From a virus, in the IMG/VR virus record IMGVR_UViG_3300021197_001203, positions 44,316-108,315 of that record: a stretch of DNA of 64,000 nt, one strand, 5' to 3'. Position 1 is the stretch's first letter. Every line of letters starts with the position of its first letter. This document shows, piece by piece, positions 1 through 9,484 of this stretch. A program made the translations under genes and the position numbers. The notes below the pieces were generated by a model. That model saw only the letters and a list, made by a program, of their open reading frames with translations, was not told where the DNA came from and ran no database searches.

Positions 1-153
1 CATGGGATAATCCTCGTCATCATAATCATTACTGTCAATTTTGAACCATGATGGTGTTTTTTGATTCCACGGCAGGGGACCACCCTCATCATCGTGAGTC
101 CTCCCTTCGATTGTGTTTTTCACCAAATCCCATGCTTCATCAAATGCGGTCAT
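1..153 (-). CDS. Partial late protein with N-terminal FDEAWDLVK leader; runs off the window
   Basis: Not in the ORF track. Manual translation from ATG at 153 gives MTAFDEAWDLVKNTIEGRTHDDEGGPLPW..., open to position 1. It starts 1 bp after the stop of ORF 155..442. Confidence 0.8.
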   Translation of the reverse strand, partial: MTAFDEAWDLVKNTIEGRTHDDEGGPLPWNQKTPSWFKIDSNDYDDEDYPM

Positions 154-154
154 C

Positions 155-442
155 TTACTCAATCCTTCCTCGATCCTTGTAGCACCCTTTACAAAAGGCA
201 TTACCTTGCTTTGATTCGTAGCTTATGTTTTCATCGTTAAACTCTTTACCGCACAGCTGGCATTCATTACCTGCATAGCCGCCCGGACCCATCTTGACAA
301 TGTTCCAAGCTCGGTCAAAAGATTTCTTTACGTCTTTCGCAGCATAACAAGGACACTTAGGCTCAGTCTTAGAGCATTTCATGATGCCCTGCTTCATACA
401 AGCACAAGGGTTAGACTTGGTGGCCCCGCAACAGCAGCCCAC
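155..442 (-). CDS. Small Cys-rich protein: metallothionein-like N-half, internal FDRAWNIVK motif, C-terminal zinc finger
   Basis: GTG start directly after the upstream stop. CCC/CxC clusters, then KKSFDRAWNIVKM, then CQLC...CKGC. Confidence 0.7.
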   Translation of the reverse strand: MGCCCGATKSNPCACMKQGIMKCSKTEPKCPCYAAKDVKKSFDRAWNIVKMGPGGYAGNECQLCGKEFNDENISYESKQGNAFCKGCYKDRGRIE

Positions 443-847
443 TTACATCAAGCCTCGTAGCATATCCATGAGCTTAATTTTGTCAAGAGTCCCATAAATG
501 TCTTCACCTTCGTAATCACCCATGAAATCAGGGGCTAGTGGTTCGTATGGACCGCCTTCATAATGTCGGTCGAATAATTCAGACATATCAGGACGGTCTT
601 TCGTATATTGAGCGTAAGGACCCGCTTCGGTCCCATCATATCCTATATCTCGATAAACTTCAGGGTCTGACATCAACATTTCAATCATAGGAACCATACT
701 AGCTGGTACTTCCATAGTCACCATCCCTCCTTCTATGTCTTGGGCTATTGATTGTTGATCTGCAAAAACATCTTCATCTGTTCTGCTTAACTCTTTATTA
801 ACGACATTCCAGCTTTGCTCAAAAACAAAATCTTCGGCATCCGACAT
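443..847 (-). CDS. Acidic late protein with FEQSWNVVNK leader variant
   Basis: ORF track 443..931. The likely start is ATG 847 (MSDAEDFVFEQSW), 19 nt downstream of the late-promoter ACGA box. The upstream extension is translated A-tract sequence. Confidence 0.75.
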   Translation of the reverse strand: MSDAEDFVFEQSWNVVNKELSRTDEDVFADQQSIAQDIEGGMVTMEVPASMVPMIEMLMSDPEVYRDIGYDGTEAGPYAQYTKDRPDMSELFDRHYEGGPYEPLAPDFMGDYEGEDIYGTLDKIKLMDMLRGLM

Positions 848-880
848 ATCACACGCCACGGTACCATCGTTAATAGAATT
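848..880 (-). promoter_or_regulatory. Putative late leaderless promoter (TATTAACGA-N19-ATG)
   Basis: Same AT-rich box + ACGA + 19 nt spacing to the start codon as at 56189-56218 and 56521-56552. Confidence 0.6.
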
Positions 881-883
881 GTC

Positions 884-1042
884 GAAAAAAAATACCCCGA
901 AAAAAAATACCCGAATATACTCCAAAAACACAGGTTTTTTCGATCAAAATGCCACCATGACAGCCCTGACAAAAAAATATCAGAAAAATCGCCGAGCTGC
1001 GTATGCGGTGAGGCGGGCGCAGCCCGCCAAAAAAAAAAAAAA
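884..1042. repeat. A/T-tract cluster, GC hairpin (1012-1028) and A14 run
   Basis: CGAAAAAAAATACCC occurs twice, with several more A/T tracts. GGCGGGC-GCA-GCCCGCC is followed by 14 A. Confidence 0.7.
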
Positions 1043-1054
1043 TATCGGCACCGA

Positions 1055-1360
1055 AGCCTAGCCATTGCTCAATGGGTGTGGCGGGCTAACCACCATTCAC
1101 CAATGCCATTGCCCAGCCCCATTCAATAGCTAAACCCATTCGATCAGACCAGCTTGAGAACACATTGGTGAATGGCTGGGCTGAAACGCCCAGCAACACA
1201 CCCATTCAAGCCTAAATCTAGGGCTATTGACGGCTATCTGAGGCCATTCACGCCCATCCAGCCCACCGTATATCATTCGGGCTGGTTGCATTGGTCAATG
1301 AGGCCACATTGACACGCCATTCACCCATTCGCCAATCCCATTGACCAATGCCCAGCCAAA
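1055..1360. repeat. Dense array of CATT[CG]/[CG]AATG and CAGCC/GGCTG short motifs; probable terminus, packaging or origin region
   Basis: Roughly 20 CATT[CG]-type copies in both orientations within about 300 bp of non-coding DNA between divergent gene arms. Confidence 0.6.
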
Positions 1361-1633
1361 GCGCAGATGTTCGTGATATAATGAAAGTGGGTTATTGGGA
1401 TAGGTGTCTTAGGTTGGCTGGACGAAAAGAGCATACTGCGGGCTTATCGAGACACGTATGACACGATGGACAGACACAATATACTACTTTTACAAAGAAC
1501 GATTTAATTATACTCTGATTTAGAGTATTATAGAGAGGCTGTCCAGTGTCCAACGTGGGTTTTGTCCTATGTTATCGATGTCTGTTAGAAACAGCCTAGA
1601 AAGGGGTGTTTAGGCTGGTTTGACCAACAGTGC

Positions 1634-1682
1634 TTAAGTAGGGTGTTCAACCCCGTAGGGGTATGTAGTCCGATGTGGCTAC
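1634..1682 (+). promoter_or_regulatory. Early promoter (TTAAGTAGGG) plus 5' leader hairpin
   Basis: TATA-like box with GGG, a C-run, then a GTAGTC...GGCTAC stem. The same layout occurs at 8544, 14187 and 15493. Confidence 0.65.
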
Positions 1683-1703
1683 GATTAAATGGAAGTGTAA
1701 AAT

Positions 1704-4700
1704 ATGAGTATGACAGAAATAATGAATGTAATGAGAATGATACTAGGCAGTCTATTGCCTAGCGTATTCGGCCAAAAGGCTGGATTAGAGATGACTGTAA
1801 TGAGTGAGGCTAGAATCGGTGAAGCTGCCGATCAATTATACCACACCGATTTAGTGCTAATACAACAAGAACTACGCACATTATCGCACGTTGTTATCAC
1901 CAATGAGTGGACTGGTGAACACCCAAAGAGAACCGATATGACACATGGTCTTGAAGCACAAATGAAAGTGGACAGATTAATCAAAGCGTCAGCAACACTA
2001 GAGACATACGCAAATGGCTGTGAATGTATCGAATGTAAGTTTGTAGTAGCAAAGGAGATGCCTAGCCTAAAGAATGTAGTATTAGGGACACCAGTGTCCT
2101 CATTCACATGGACAGGGACAGGTATGGTCGAAGAGGCCATTACACCTGACCCAGCACTAGAATTAGATGTGCCTATTACAGAAGATGAAATTAGGTATCA
2201 CATGAAGAAGTGGAACGGTGTAATACGGTCAACCTTCGTATGGCAACACAAAATGAATGCTGCTGAATTGATCGAAGATTTGCGTAAAGCGTCTTATCCT
2301 GCGGCTGGATATGAACCGACCTATGTTGGTGGTGGCAGTGATGCAGAACACGATTGGGTTGAGGCTAACTATAATTTCGATTCAGAATATGATAGAGAAA
2401 AGAATCGAATGAATGCTTCAATGGTAGTAGTGAATGAGGCTAGAACTGCAAATGGGTATAACCTCGATAGGGATAGGACAATACACGATGTTCAGCCAGT
2501 AGTTAAGTCAATGAAAGAAGTGGAGGGCTGGACACAAGAGATGCTCTATATTATTATCCGTGATAGCACAAACGCATCTGATCGAGTGGAGGCGGCTGAA
2601 ATGCTTGTTGAGCTAAAACAGAAGCAATTACACAGCTATCTGAAAGACAACCTAAAACCATCTGTCTTTAGAGCCGTGGATTTTGTTATTGGTTGTATGC
2701 CTAGCGACCTAGATTTGAACACGACAGTGGTGCAGGAATCCCGTGTTAATGATGAAGAACTTAGAGGCTTTCAAGACTATCGCATGGGTGCAACACATCA
2801 GGCTACTGATGGTCTATACTATGAGACACCATTAGATGAATGCCTGTGGCAGATTCTTGACCGAGAAGATGTGGAGGCTAATTGTGGCTTAGAAGAGGGT
2901 GAAATAACCGAAGCGGCTTGGAAACAATTTCTTGCGTTGCATAAGGATGCCTTCGCTAGTGCGGTTTGTGCGTTGGCTTCGGAATATTACAATGATTATC
3001 ATACACCAAAAGATGACTTGAGCGATACAGTAGTGCAGGAATCAAGAACTAGAATGTCATATATGTTCAAAGAAGGAGATGAATATCCAGTCTCAGTGGC
3101 AAATAAATCTCAAGCTCACAAAATGCTTGTTCATATGATTGCTCATGCTTCGGGGGACGGCACACCTATTGCTATCGTTGTGGCCAACACATATGCAGAT
3201 GAAGCCTTCGACATACCTATGGAAACTCCACATTCAGGAGATGAGTTATTGCATGGGACATATCAAGCAGTCAAAGAAGTTAGAGACGGACAGAGCGTTC
3301 ATGTTCAATTAAGTCGAGACGATGAAAGATTCGATCACACGACAGTAAAAACTAGCCATGTATGGGACAGGAGGACTTTGACTAATTCAGACATTAACAG
3401 ACTTAGAGAGCAATGGAATAGAGAGTTAGATGGTTTAGATTCAGACTCAAGATTCTTTCCTTATTCGATAACTGGTGCGAGGGCTGCTTCTAGCTTAATT
3501 GGCCAGCTTCTGACTAAAGCAGAAGATGATGATTATGGCGGTTCAGTAATGGTCAATGTTCTATGTGCCGAATACAAAGCAGAACAGGTGTTGCGTGTGT
3601 ATAATTTGAAAGATGAGTTTGGCGATCAGATTATGTCTCAAGCGGCTGGGTATAATCTCCCAATGACCGATGTAAGTCTGTTAGAGATGAGTCATTCAGT
3701 ACCACTCATTGGTTATCGTGAGGCTAAAAATACCTTTATTTCATTAGATGGAGGTCGCTGGAGTCTTTCATGGGCTATTACTGGTAGTTATGATGATATG
3801 ACTAATGAGTCGCCTAGAATAGAGATTAGCAACCATTACGTTATTGACAAATCAATTAGAGATTTGTGCGACCACATATTAACACGAAAAGACAGTGGTC
3901 GCTTACTAACCACAGGACAGGTAAAGTCTGATGTGTTAGTCAAAGCCACAAGTAAAGAAAACACATATCTTGTTTCAGACCACCAGTTAAAGATAGTCAA
4001 GAAGGATTTGGCTGACCTTCGATCAGCCGCACAGCTCTCGCTAGATGACACAGTAGTCCATGAGGTTAGATTGGACATACCTGATGAGCATTGGGACACA
4101 CTGATGGAGACATTACTACTAGATACTGAAACAATGGCAATAGAGCCGTCTGAGAGGGACAGAATACGTGAGGCTTTGGATAGTGTCGAGACAGTCAATC
4201 CTTTCTTTGATAGAGGTCAATTGCATTGTGGATTTGATGTTCTTAAGAATCCACTTTACAGAATATCTCTTGCTGATGCGATTAATGTATGTAAAGCAGG
4301 AGGATTAGTGTGGTTGGCTAATGAATCTCAAGATAACTATGGAGGGGAGGACAGCAGACACTATTCATACCCCGTTGAGAACCATGAAGACCTATATGAT
4401 TATGAAGATAGTGAAGAATTATTGATCGTATTAGAACCAATGTTTTACAATAAGCATGGTAATTTACTGGAGGGACATATACTACCTAATTCTAAAGATG
4501 GTGTATGGAAGGTGTCATTGACTCTAGCTAGAGATGCGAGACATAGATTAGCTGATGAAACACACTTCGATGAAGAGCATATTGAAGGCGAAATTAAGTC
4601 ATGGTTAGAGGACATAGACTACCGTGTCCTTGAGTGCGACATTATAGATGTATCAAACATCCCTAATGCTAACGATGGGGTCTATGACTTAGGTGATGCT

Positions 4701-5420
4701 GTAAAGAATCAATTAATGGCTGTCGAGACAGAAGAAGAGGTCAAAGAAATAGCGATTCTTTATCAGACCCGTCAAGCATGGTTGGATGGTTTCAGACACA
4801 AGAATGAGGAAGGTGAATATGAATTGCTTGAGCCTAGCACCAAAGAACAAATTGACGCTTTGTATGTCCCATTACCTAATTCAGTCGTTCTTGATGTGAT
4901 AGAGCAATTACAACCAGTATGGGGTTATCATTGGTCAAAGGTAGTAGGCAATCTTGATACTGTGTCTGATCAGATATTTCACATAATGAACCACGACAAT
5001 AGGAATCCATTGTCAGTCAGTTTCCATAAGCATGGTATAGACGGAGATAGAACCATGCAGAATTGGATGGGGGACAACGGACTGGGACATACATCAATGA
5101 GTATGAATGACGTGATAGCCTACCGACTTACAGACGGCTGGGTGTATCACAGTTGCAGAGCTTTAGGATGGGCGTGGTTGCCTGTTATTCATCAGGCTCA
5201 AGGGGCAGAGAATATGACTCGCTTTGAAAAGGTAAAAGCAATGATTAATCTTGATACAAACAGGATTCCGCTTCAAGAGGGAGAATTAGAATTGATTGAG
5301 GCTATGGTTAATGGTTTTAACCATCCCCGTATCAATGACTCATGGGGGGAACTCAATGAAGATGGAATGTTTTGGGCTACAAAAGCCATGGAAACTCTGA
5401 GTCATGAGGTGATCGAATGA
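1704..5420 (+). CDS. Large modular early protein (polyvalent/polyprotein-like) with repeated linkers and a YodL-like domain near the C-terminus
   Basis: 1238 aa, acidic. Five xxxVV[QNHS]E[SAV]R-type motifs. QIFHIMN...GHTSMSMNDVI...CRALGW resembles the YodL-like H[TS]S[LM]SV[GS]DV signature. Confidence 0.75.
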   Translation: MSMTEIMNVMRMILGSLLPSVFGQKAGLEMTVMSEARIGEAADQLYHTDLVLIQQELRTLSHVVITNEWTGEHPKRTDMTHGLEAQMKVDRLIKASATLETYANGCECIECKFVVAKEMPSLKNVVLGTPVSSFTWTGTGMVEEAITPDPALELDVPITEDEIRYHMKKWNGVIRSTFVWQHKMNAAELIEDLRKASYPAAGYEPTYVGGGSDAEHDWVEANYNFDSEYDREKNRMNASMVVVNEARTANGYNLDRDRTIHDVQPVVKSMKEVEGWTQEMLYIIIRDSTNASDRVEAAEMLVELKQKQLHSYLKDNLKPSVFRAVDFVIGCMPSDLDLNTTVVQESRVNDEELRGFQDYRMGATHQATDGLYYETPLDECLWQILDREDVEANCGLEEGEITEAAWKQFLALHKDAFASAVCALASEYYNDYHTPKDDLSDTVVQESRTRMSYMFKEGDEYPVSVANKSQAHKMLVHMIAHASGDGTPIAIVVANTYADEAFDIPMETPHSGDELLHGTYQAVKEVRDGQSVHVQLSRDDERFDHTTVKTSHVWDRRTLTNSDINRLREQWNRELDGLDSDSRFFPYSITGARAASSLIGQLLTKAEDDDYGGSVMVNVLCAEYKAEQVLRVYNLKDEFGDQIMSQAAGYNLPMTDVSLLEMSHSVPLIGYREAKNTFISLDGGRWSLSWAITGSYDDMTNESPRIEISNHYVIDKSIRDLCDHILTRKDSGRLLTTGQVKSDVLVKATSKENTYLVSDHQLKIVKKDLADLRSAAQLSLDDTVVHEVRLDIPDEHWDTLMETLLLDTETMAIEPSERDRIREALDSVETVNPFFDRGQLHCGFDVLKNPLYRISLADAINVCKAGGLVWLANESQDNYGGEDSRHYSYPVENHEDLYDYEDSEELLIVLEPMFYNKHGNLLEGHILPNSKDGVWKVSLTLARDARHRLADETHFDEEHIEGEIKSWLEDIDYRVLECDIIDVSNIPNANDGVYDLGDAVKNQLMAVETEEEVKEIAILYQTRQAWLDGFRHKNEEGEYELLEPSTKEQIDALYVPLPNSVVLDVIEQLQPVWGYHWSKVVGNLDTVSDQIFHIMNHDNRNPLSVSFHKHGIDGDRTMQNWMGDNGLGHTSMSMNDVIAYRLTDGWVYHSCRALGWAWLPVIHQAQGAENMTRFEKVKAMINLDTNRIPLQEGELELIEAMVNGFNHPRINDSWGELNEDGMFWATKAMETLSHEVIE

Positions 5421-8284
5421 GCTGGAAAGTAATTGAGCTAGCCGACTCAACACCAGCACCTGCTATGGATGGTGATGAATCCTTTGACACTATGGGGGGT
5501 TATGCACATACAAGTCTATACGAACGTGCGGTCAAGCTGGGCGCATGGTGTCCTTCAACAAACAAAGACGGCTTCATGTGGTCCATTGAACAAGCTGAGA
5601 TATTAACTAAGACTCAAGTCGATTTAGTTAAATGGACACACTACGGAATACCTTGTCGTGTTTCGATCAATAGTGTTGCAGGTAGTGGTAAAACTACACT
5701 GATTGAAGGGATTGCCAAATTGATTTGTAATATGGGGCTAGGCAATCAGAAGATAATCATGACAGCCTTTAACACCCACATAGCAAAGGCATTAGGTGAT
5801 GTGGCTAAGTCTCTCAAGAAGAGTGGTCTAACAGGCTTCAAATCAATGGGTTATAGCAACACAGCCTCAGCTGGTGGTCGTGAGCTGTTATTCAAAATGA
5901 TAAGGGCTAATGGTATGACACCTATTCAGGATGACCAATACAAATACAGGAGTCTCAGTCGCCAAGTGTTTTCTGAGATAGCAGGAATGAAAGAGATGTT
6001 GATAGGCATAACAAGTCAGCATGAAGAGATTAAGAATCCAGTGGCTGGATGGATGAGTGGCACTAGGGCTATTGAACACCTAGTAAGTGCATCAATGGCC
6101 AGTGGGATAATTACAGAGACAGAAGGTAGTATTGATTCGATCAAGAAATTGATTACAAGTGAACACGGACAACGTGATGATGTAGTATTTCTAATTAGTT
6201 TCCTCGGTGTTGATGCAGTGGCTAATGCTGTTGAACAAGTCATAGAGAGGGCTATGGACACTTTGGTGTCAGACATAGTGTATAGAGCAGACAAGGATGC
6301 AGTAGTGCCTGATTCAGTCTCAGGCTACTATTCACGCAGGTCATTAGTATCAGTGGCCGAATTACTAGCCCAGCCCAATGGACACCAAATACACAGGCAG
6401 TTAGGTGTGGACTTTCCATACAGGAAAGAAGTGCCTAAACAGGTAATGAATCATGAGCTTGGTAGTTTAGCTAAAGTTCAGAATCGTGGTGGTGTATCAG
6501 GCACTTACAAAGTATTGATCGAAGATGTTGATGATGGGTCAGCTTGTTTTAGGTCAGCTAGCTATGCAGCATCTAATATTGTCATGGGTAGTGTTCAGGA
6601 CATAGAAACAAGGCTGGGAGTTTCGTTTCAATATGTCCCTCGCAATAATCAGGTTGTTCTTCGTAATTTAATCAGGACAGCCTCAGAAGACAACCAAGCA
6701 CCAGTGCCTGAATGTCAATACAGATACATTGTATCTAAGGACAGGGCACAAATATTGAAGGCTATTATTAACGAAGTATTAGGTGCAAAGAATGTCGAAT
6801 ATAGCAGTGAAGAGGTTCTTACGACAGGAGTCGCTACATCAGGCAGCAATGCCACTGTGCCTGTGTCGATGCAGGACTTTGTGTATGGTTGTGTTTATCA
6901 TAATCTAACCGACCCAGCACCAGCGGCTATGATAATGATTGATGAGGTGCAAGACTTTTCTCAATTACAAGGTAGGTTCTTACAGTGCTTTTCTAGTTCT
7001 AATACTTCTATGATTTGTGTGGGTGATGTTAGACAAAGCTTGTATCTATTCAATTTTGCTAACAGTAAAGCGACCAAGATGATCATAAATGATTTCAATT
7101 GTGATGTGATGCCTATGACTATTTGCTGGCGAAACAGTAAGAATGTAGTCTATGATGTTCATCAATTTGTCAATCAATGTATTGCTGAGGCGGGGGTTGA
7201 TGGTTATGATAAATACAAGTTATTGAATGCTGGTATGGGTGATTATTCAGCACATAAATGTCCTGATGCGGATTACTGGCCTGATGGTAAAAGGTCTGTT
7301 GTTATGCCAGCGCATTTGCTACCTTATGCGGCTCAATTAGGAGATATAGTGTCGTGTAGGATAAATGCGCCATTGGCTAAATTAGCTTTGAGGACGCTAG
7401 TGGATGGTGAAAAGAGTATTACATTACCCGCTGGTAAAAAGGGAATAGGTGAAGAGGTTATGTCAATAGTCAAGGGTGGCTTGAGATATAATGGGGCGCA
7501 TCAAGGATTCGGTTTGTTAAATGGTGATGAAGCTAGAGAATATCTCGATCATGATACAATAGAAAAGAGATATGATTCATACATGGACACTAACTATGAA
7601 GCGGCGGTAAAGAGGTGTGGTGGTGATTTGACAGCGGCTAAAAGTGAGGCTACTTATGTAAAGCTGGCCGATATTGCTGATGCAGCTCAGACGTTGCTTC
7701 ATGGTTATATTGACAGAAGAGGCGAAAGTGGGACAGCACCAATGGCTAAGTTTGAGGGTTGGTTGAACACTTTATGCGGTGAAACAGAAGGCAGGTCAGG
7801 TCATGATAATACTATCAGATTTGCATCGGTTCATAGGACAAAAGGCGCACAAGGCAAACAGGCATTCGTAATAACTGATCGAATAAACCACGAAGGTCAA
7901 TTGAAACCCACGTTTATGTTGCCACATTGCATGAATAATGCAGCCGAGGTCGTGCAGGAAATAAATGCAGCTTATGTAGCAGCAACGAGAGCCATTGATA
8001 GAGTGGTCTTTGTTTCCTTCTCTCAAGCACTAGCTGATAAATATCCAACATGGGAATCATTCAGCTTAGTATGGAATCAAGAGATAGAAGAAGGTCAGAA
8101 GGTTGTAGCAACACAGAAGATAATTGACCAAGATAACGAATATGGGGTCATAGCTAACACTGGCGATTCAGGAGAGGTTATCCATGTAGCTGAGGATGGT
8201 TTTCCTTGCGTTAGATTTGAAAGCGGTTTAGCTACCGATGTATCATTCGACCAAATAGTGGAGGCGAACAAGCACGATGAGTGA
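5417..8284 (+). CDS. Superfamily 1 (UvrD/Rep-like) helicase with large insertion and C-terminal SH3-like extension
   Basis: Motifs AGSGKTT, TAFN, IDEVQD, VGDVRQSLYLF, ICWRN, SVHRTKGAQ, YVAATRA. Confidence 0.9.
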   Translation: MSWKVIELADSTPAPAMDGDESFDTMGGYAHTSLYERAVKLGAWCPSTNKDGFMWSIEQAEILTKTQVDLVKWTHYGIPCRVSINSVAGSGKTTLIEGIAKLICNMGLGNQKIIMTAFNTHIAKALGDVAKSLKKSGLTGFKSMGYSNTASAGGRELLFKMIRANGMTPIQDDQYKYRSLSRQVFSEIAGMKEMLIGITSQHEEIKNPVAGWMSGTRAIEHLVSASMASGIITETEGSIDSIKKLITSEHGQRDDVVFLISFLGVDAVANAVEQVIERAMDTLVSDIVYRADKDAVVPDSVSGYYSRRSLVSVAELLAQPNGHQIHRQLGVDFPYRKEVPKQVMNHELGSLAKVQNRGGVSGTYKVLIEDVDDGSACFRSASYAASNIVMGSVQDIETRLGVSFQYVPRNNQVVLRNLIRTASEDNQAPVPECQYRYIVSKDRAQILKAIINEVLGAKNVEYSSEEVLTTGVATSGSNATVPVSMQDFVYGCVYHNLTDPAPAAMIMIDEVQDFSQLQGRFLQCFSSSNTSMICVGDVRQSLYLFNFANSKATKMIINDFNCDVMPMTICWRNSKNVVYDVHQFVNQCIAEAGVDGYDKYKLLNAGMGDYSAHKCPDADYWPDGKRSVVMPAHLLPYAAQLGDIVSCRINAPLAKLALRTLVDGEKSITLPAGKKGIGEEVMSIVKGGLRYNGAHQGFGLLNGDEAREYLDHDTIEKRYDSYMDTNYEAAVKRCGGDLTAAKSEATYVKLADIADAAQTLLHGYIDRRGESGTAPMAKFEGWLNTLCGETEGRSGHDNTIRFASVHRTKGAQGKQAFVITDRINHEGQLKPTFMLPHCMNNAAEVVQEINAAYVAATRAIDRVVFVSFSQALADKYPTWESFSLVWNQEIEEGQKVVATQKIIDQDNEYGVIANTGDSGEVIHVAEDGFPCVRFESGLATDVSFDQIVEANKHDE

Positions 8285-8543
8285 GGGGACACAGGACACA
8301 CCTGCATGGGCTAAAGCAGCTCTAAAGGTCAAAGGAGTAGGGGTTGGAACCCCTACCCCCGAAGACTGGGATGGTAGGTGTGATTCTTGTGGTCAATCAG
8401 GCGTTTGCCACCACCCTCATGATCAAGTCGTATGGCGACTTAATGAGAGTGAAGTGTGCTTAAAATGCAATCAATTACTACATGGTAGCCCCACAAAGGA
8501 TGAAGAGAGATGTGCTTCTTGTGGCCGACTATGGTGTGAATGA
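8277..8543 (+). CDS. Small zinc-finger protein
   Basis: CDSC, CLKC and CASC pairs; overlaps the helicase stop; GGAGG RBS. Confidence 0.65.
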   Translation: MSEGTQDTPAWAKAALKVKGVGVGTPTPEDWDGRCDSCGQSGVCHHPHDQVVWRLNESEVCLKCNQLLHGSPTKDEERCASCGRLWCE

Positions 8544-8592
8544 TTAAATAGGGTGTATTCCCTAGAGATTGATGTCCTACGTGGACAGGAGT
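8544..8592 (+). promoter_or_regulatory. Early promoter (TTAAATAGGG), 5' hairpin and RBS
   Basis: Box at 8544-8553; TGTCC-TACGT-GGACA stem at 8573-8587, followed by GGAG. Confidence 0.65.
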
Positions 8593-8602
8593 ATGATGAG
8601 AT

Positions 8603-9484
8603 ATGATTAATGAACAAAATATAGAACAACAACAATACGATGAAAACTTGTGTATAGCTTGCGGCTATAAGTCGCTTGAATACTGTGATGACACTAGCTT
8701 AATGCCTAGTGAATATGCTAGAAGGATGATTTGCACGTCATGTGGTAAATCCACCGAGTTTTACGGTGAAGTCATTTGGACGCACTTAGAGCAGGATGAG
8801 AGACATGATGAGATTACAGACGACTGTGCTGACCTGATAATACAAGCGACAAAAGTAAACCAATTGATTAGTAATTGGTGTGAGCCTTTAGAAGAAGTAA
8901 TAGGGAGTTTTATTGGTTATGATCGAGAAGATTATGTGGCTTTAGATTCATTCGTAAATGCTGAATATTTTACCAAGTTTTTCAGTATCAAGAATATTGC
9001 CAGCTACTATGATGACACAAAATGGTCGCATGGACCCCATGTCCACCGTAATCGTGAGGATGGTAAAGTAGCAATGACTGATTTTATGGCGGCTACTTTC
9101 GGCAAGATAAGACTACTAGGTGTAGGGATAACCACCGAAGTCCTATGGAATTACTTATGGTTTCACACTGAAAACTACATAGAGACAAGATGTCAAGATG
9201 AGGATGATGAAGAGATTTATGAAGAATACATAAACTGGTTGAAAGGTTCTGTAAAACCAGCTTTATCGTTTATACATGAAAGAGAGTTTGCTTACGCATC
9301 TAACCTAGTGAAGAATAACACACATATGAATAGTAGCTGGGCAATTAAACACATGAAGCCGTTTAGCTTAATGCAACAAGCGATAGAATGTGCCATACGA
9401 GGGGACATAGAGATGTTTGAAGAGAATAGAAGAGAATTGAGCAATGAGTATTACGAAAGAAGGAACGGGGGGCGATATGTATGA
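8603..9484 (+). CDS. Hypothetical protein with N-terminal zinc ribbon
   Basis: 293-aa ORF; CIAC...CTSC. Confidence 0.75.
   Translation: MINEQNIEQQQYDENLCIACGYKSLEYCDDTSLMPSEYARRMICTSCGKSTEFYGEVIWTHLEQDERHDEITDDCADLIIQATKVNQLISNWCEPLEEVIGSFIGYDREDYVALDSFVNAEYFTKFFSIKNIASYYDDTKWSHGPHVHRNREDGKVAMTDFMAATFGKIRLLGVGITTEVLWNYLWFHTENYIETRCQDEDDEEIYEEYINWLKGSVKPALSFIHEREFAYASNLVKNNTHMNSSWAIKHMKPFSLMQQAIECAIRGDIEMFEENRRELSNEYYERRNGGRYV

Noticed and set aside
1012-1042. GC hairpin plus A14 as an intrinsic terminator
   Set aside because: Wrong geometry: on the minus strand the T-run precedes the stem, and no gene ends there.
787-1129. ORFs 787..1065(-), 815..1129(+) and 879..1061(+)
   Set aside because: These are translations of A/T tracts in the non-coding junction (poly-Lys/Phe) with no RBS.
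1055-1360. CRISPR or mini-array
   Set aside because: No constant 25-40 bp repeat with unique spacers; only 5-6 bp words.
6270-6870. Intein in the helicase
   Set aside because: No C/S N-terminal block and no HN-C/S/T C-terminal splice motif recognised.
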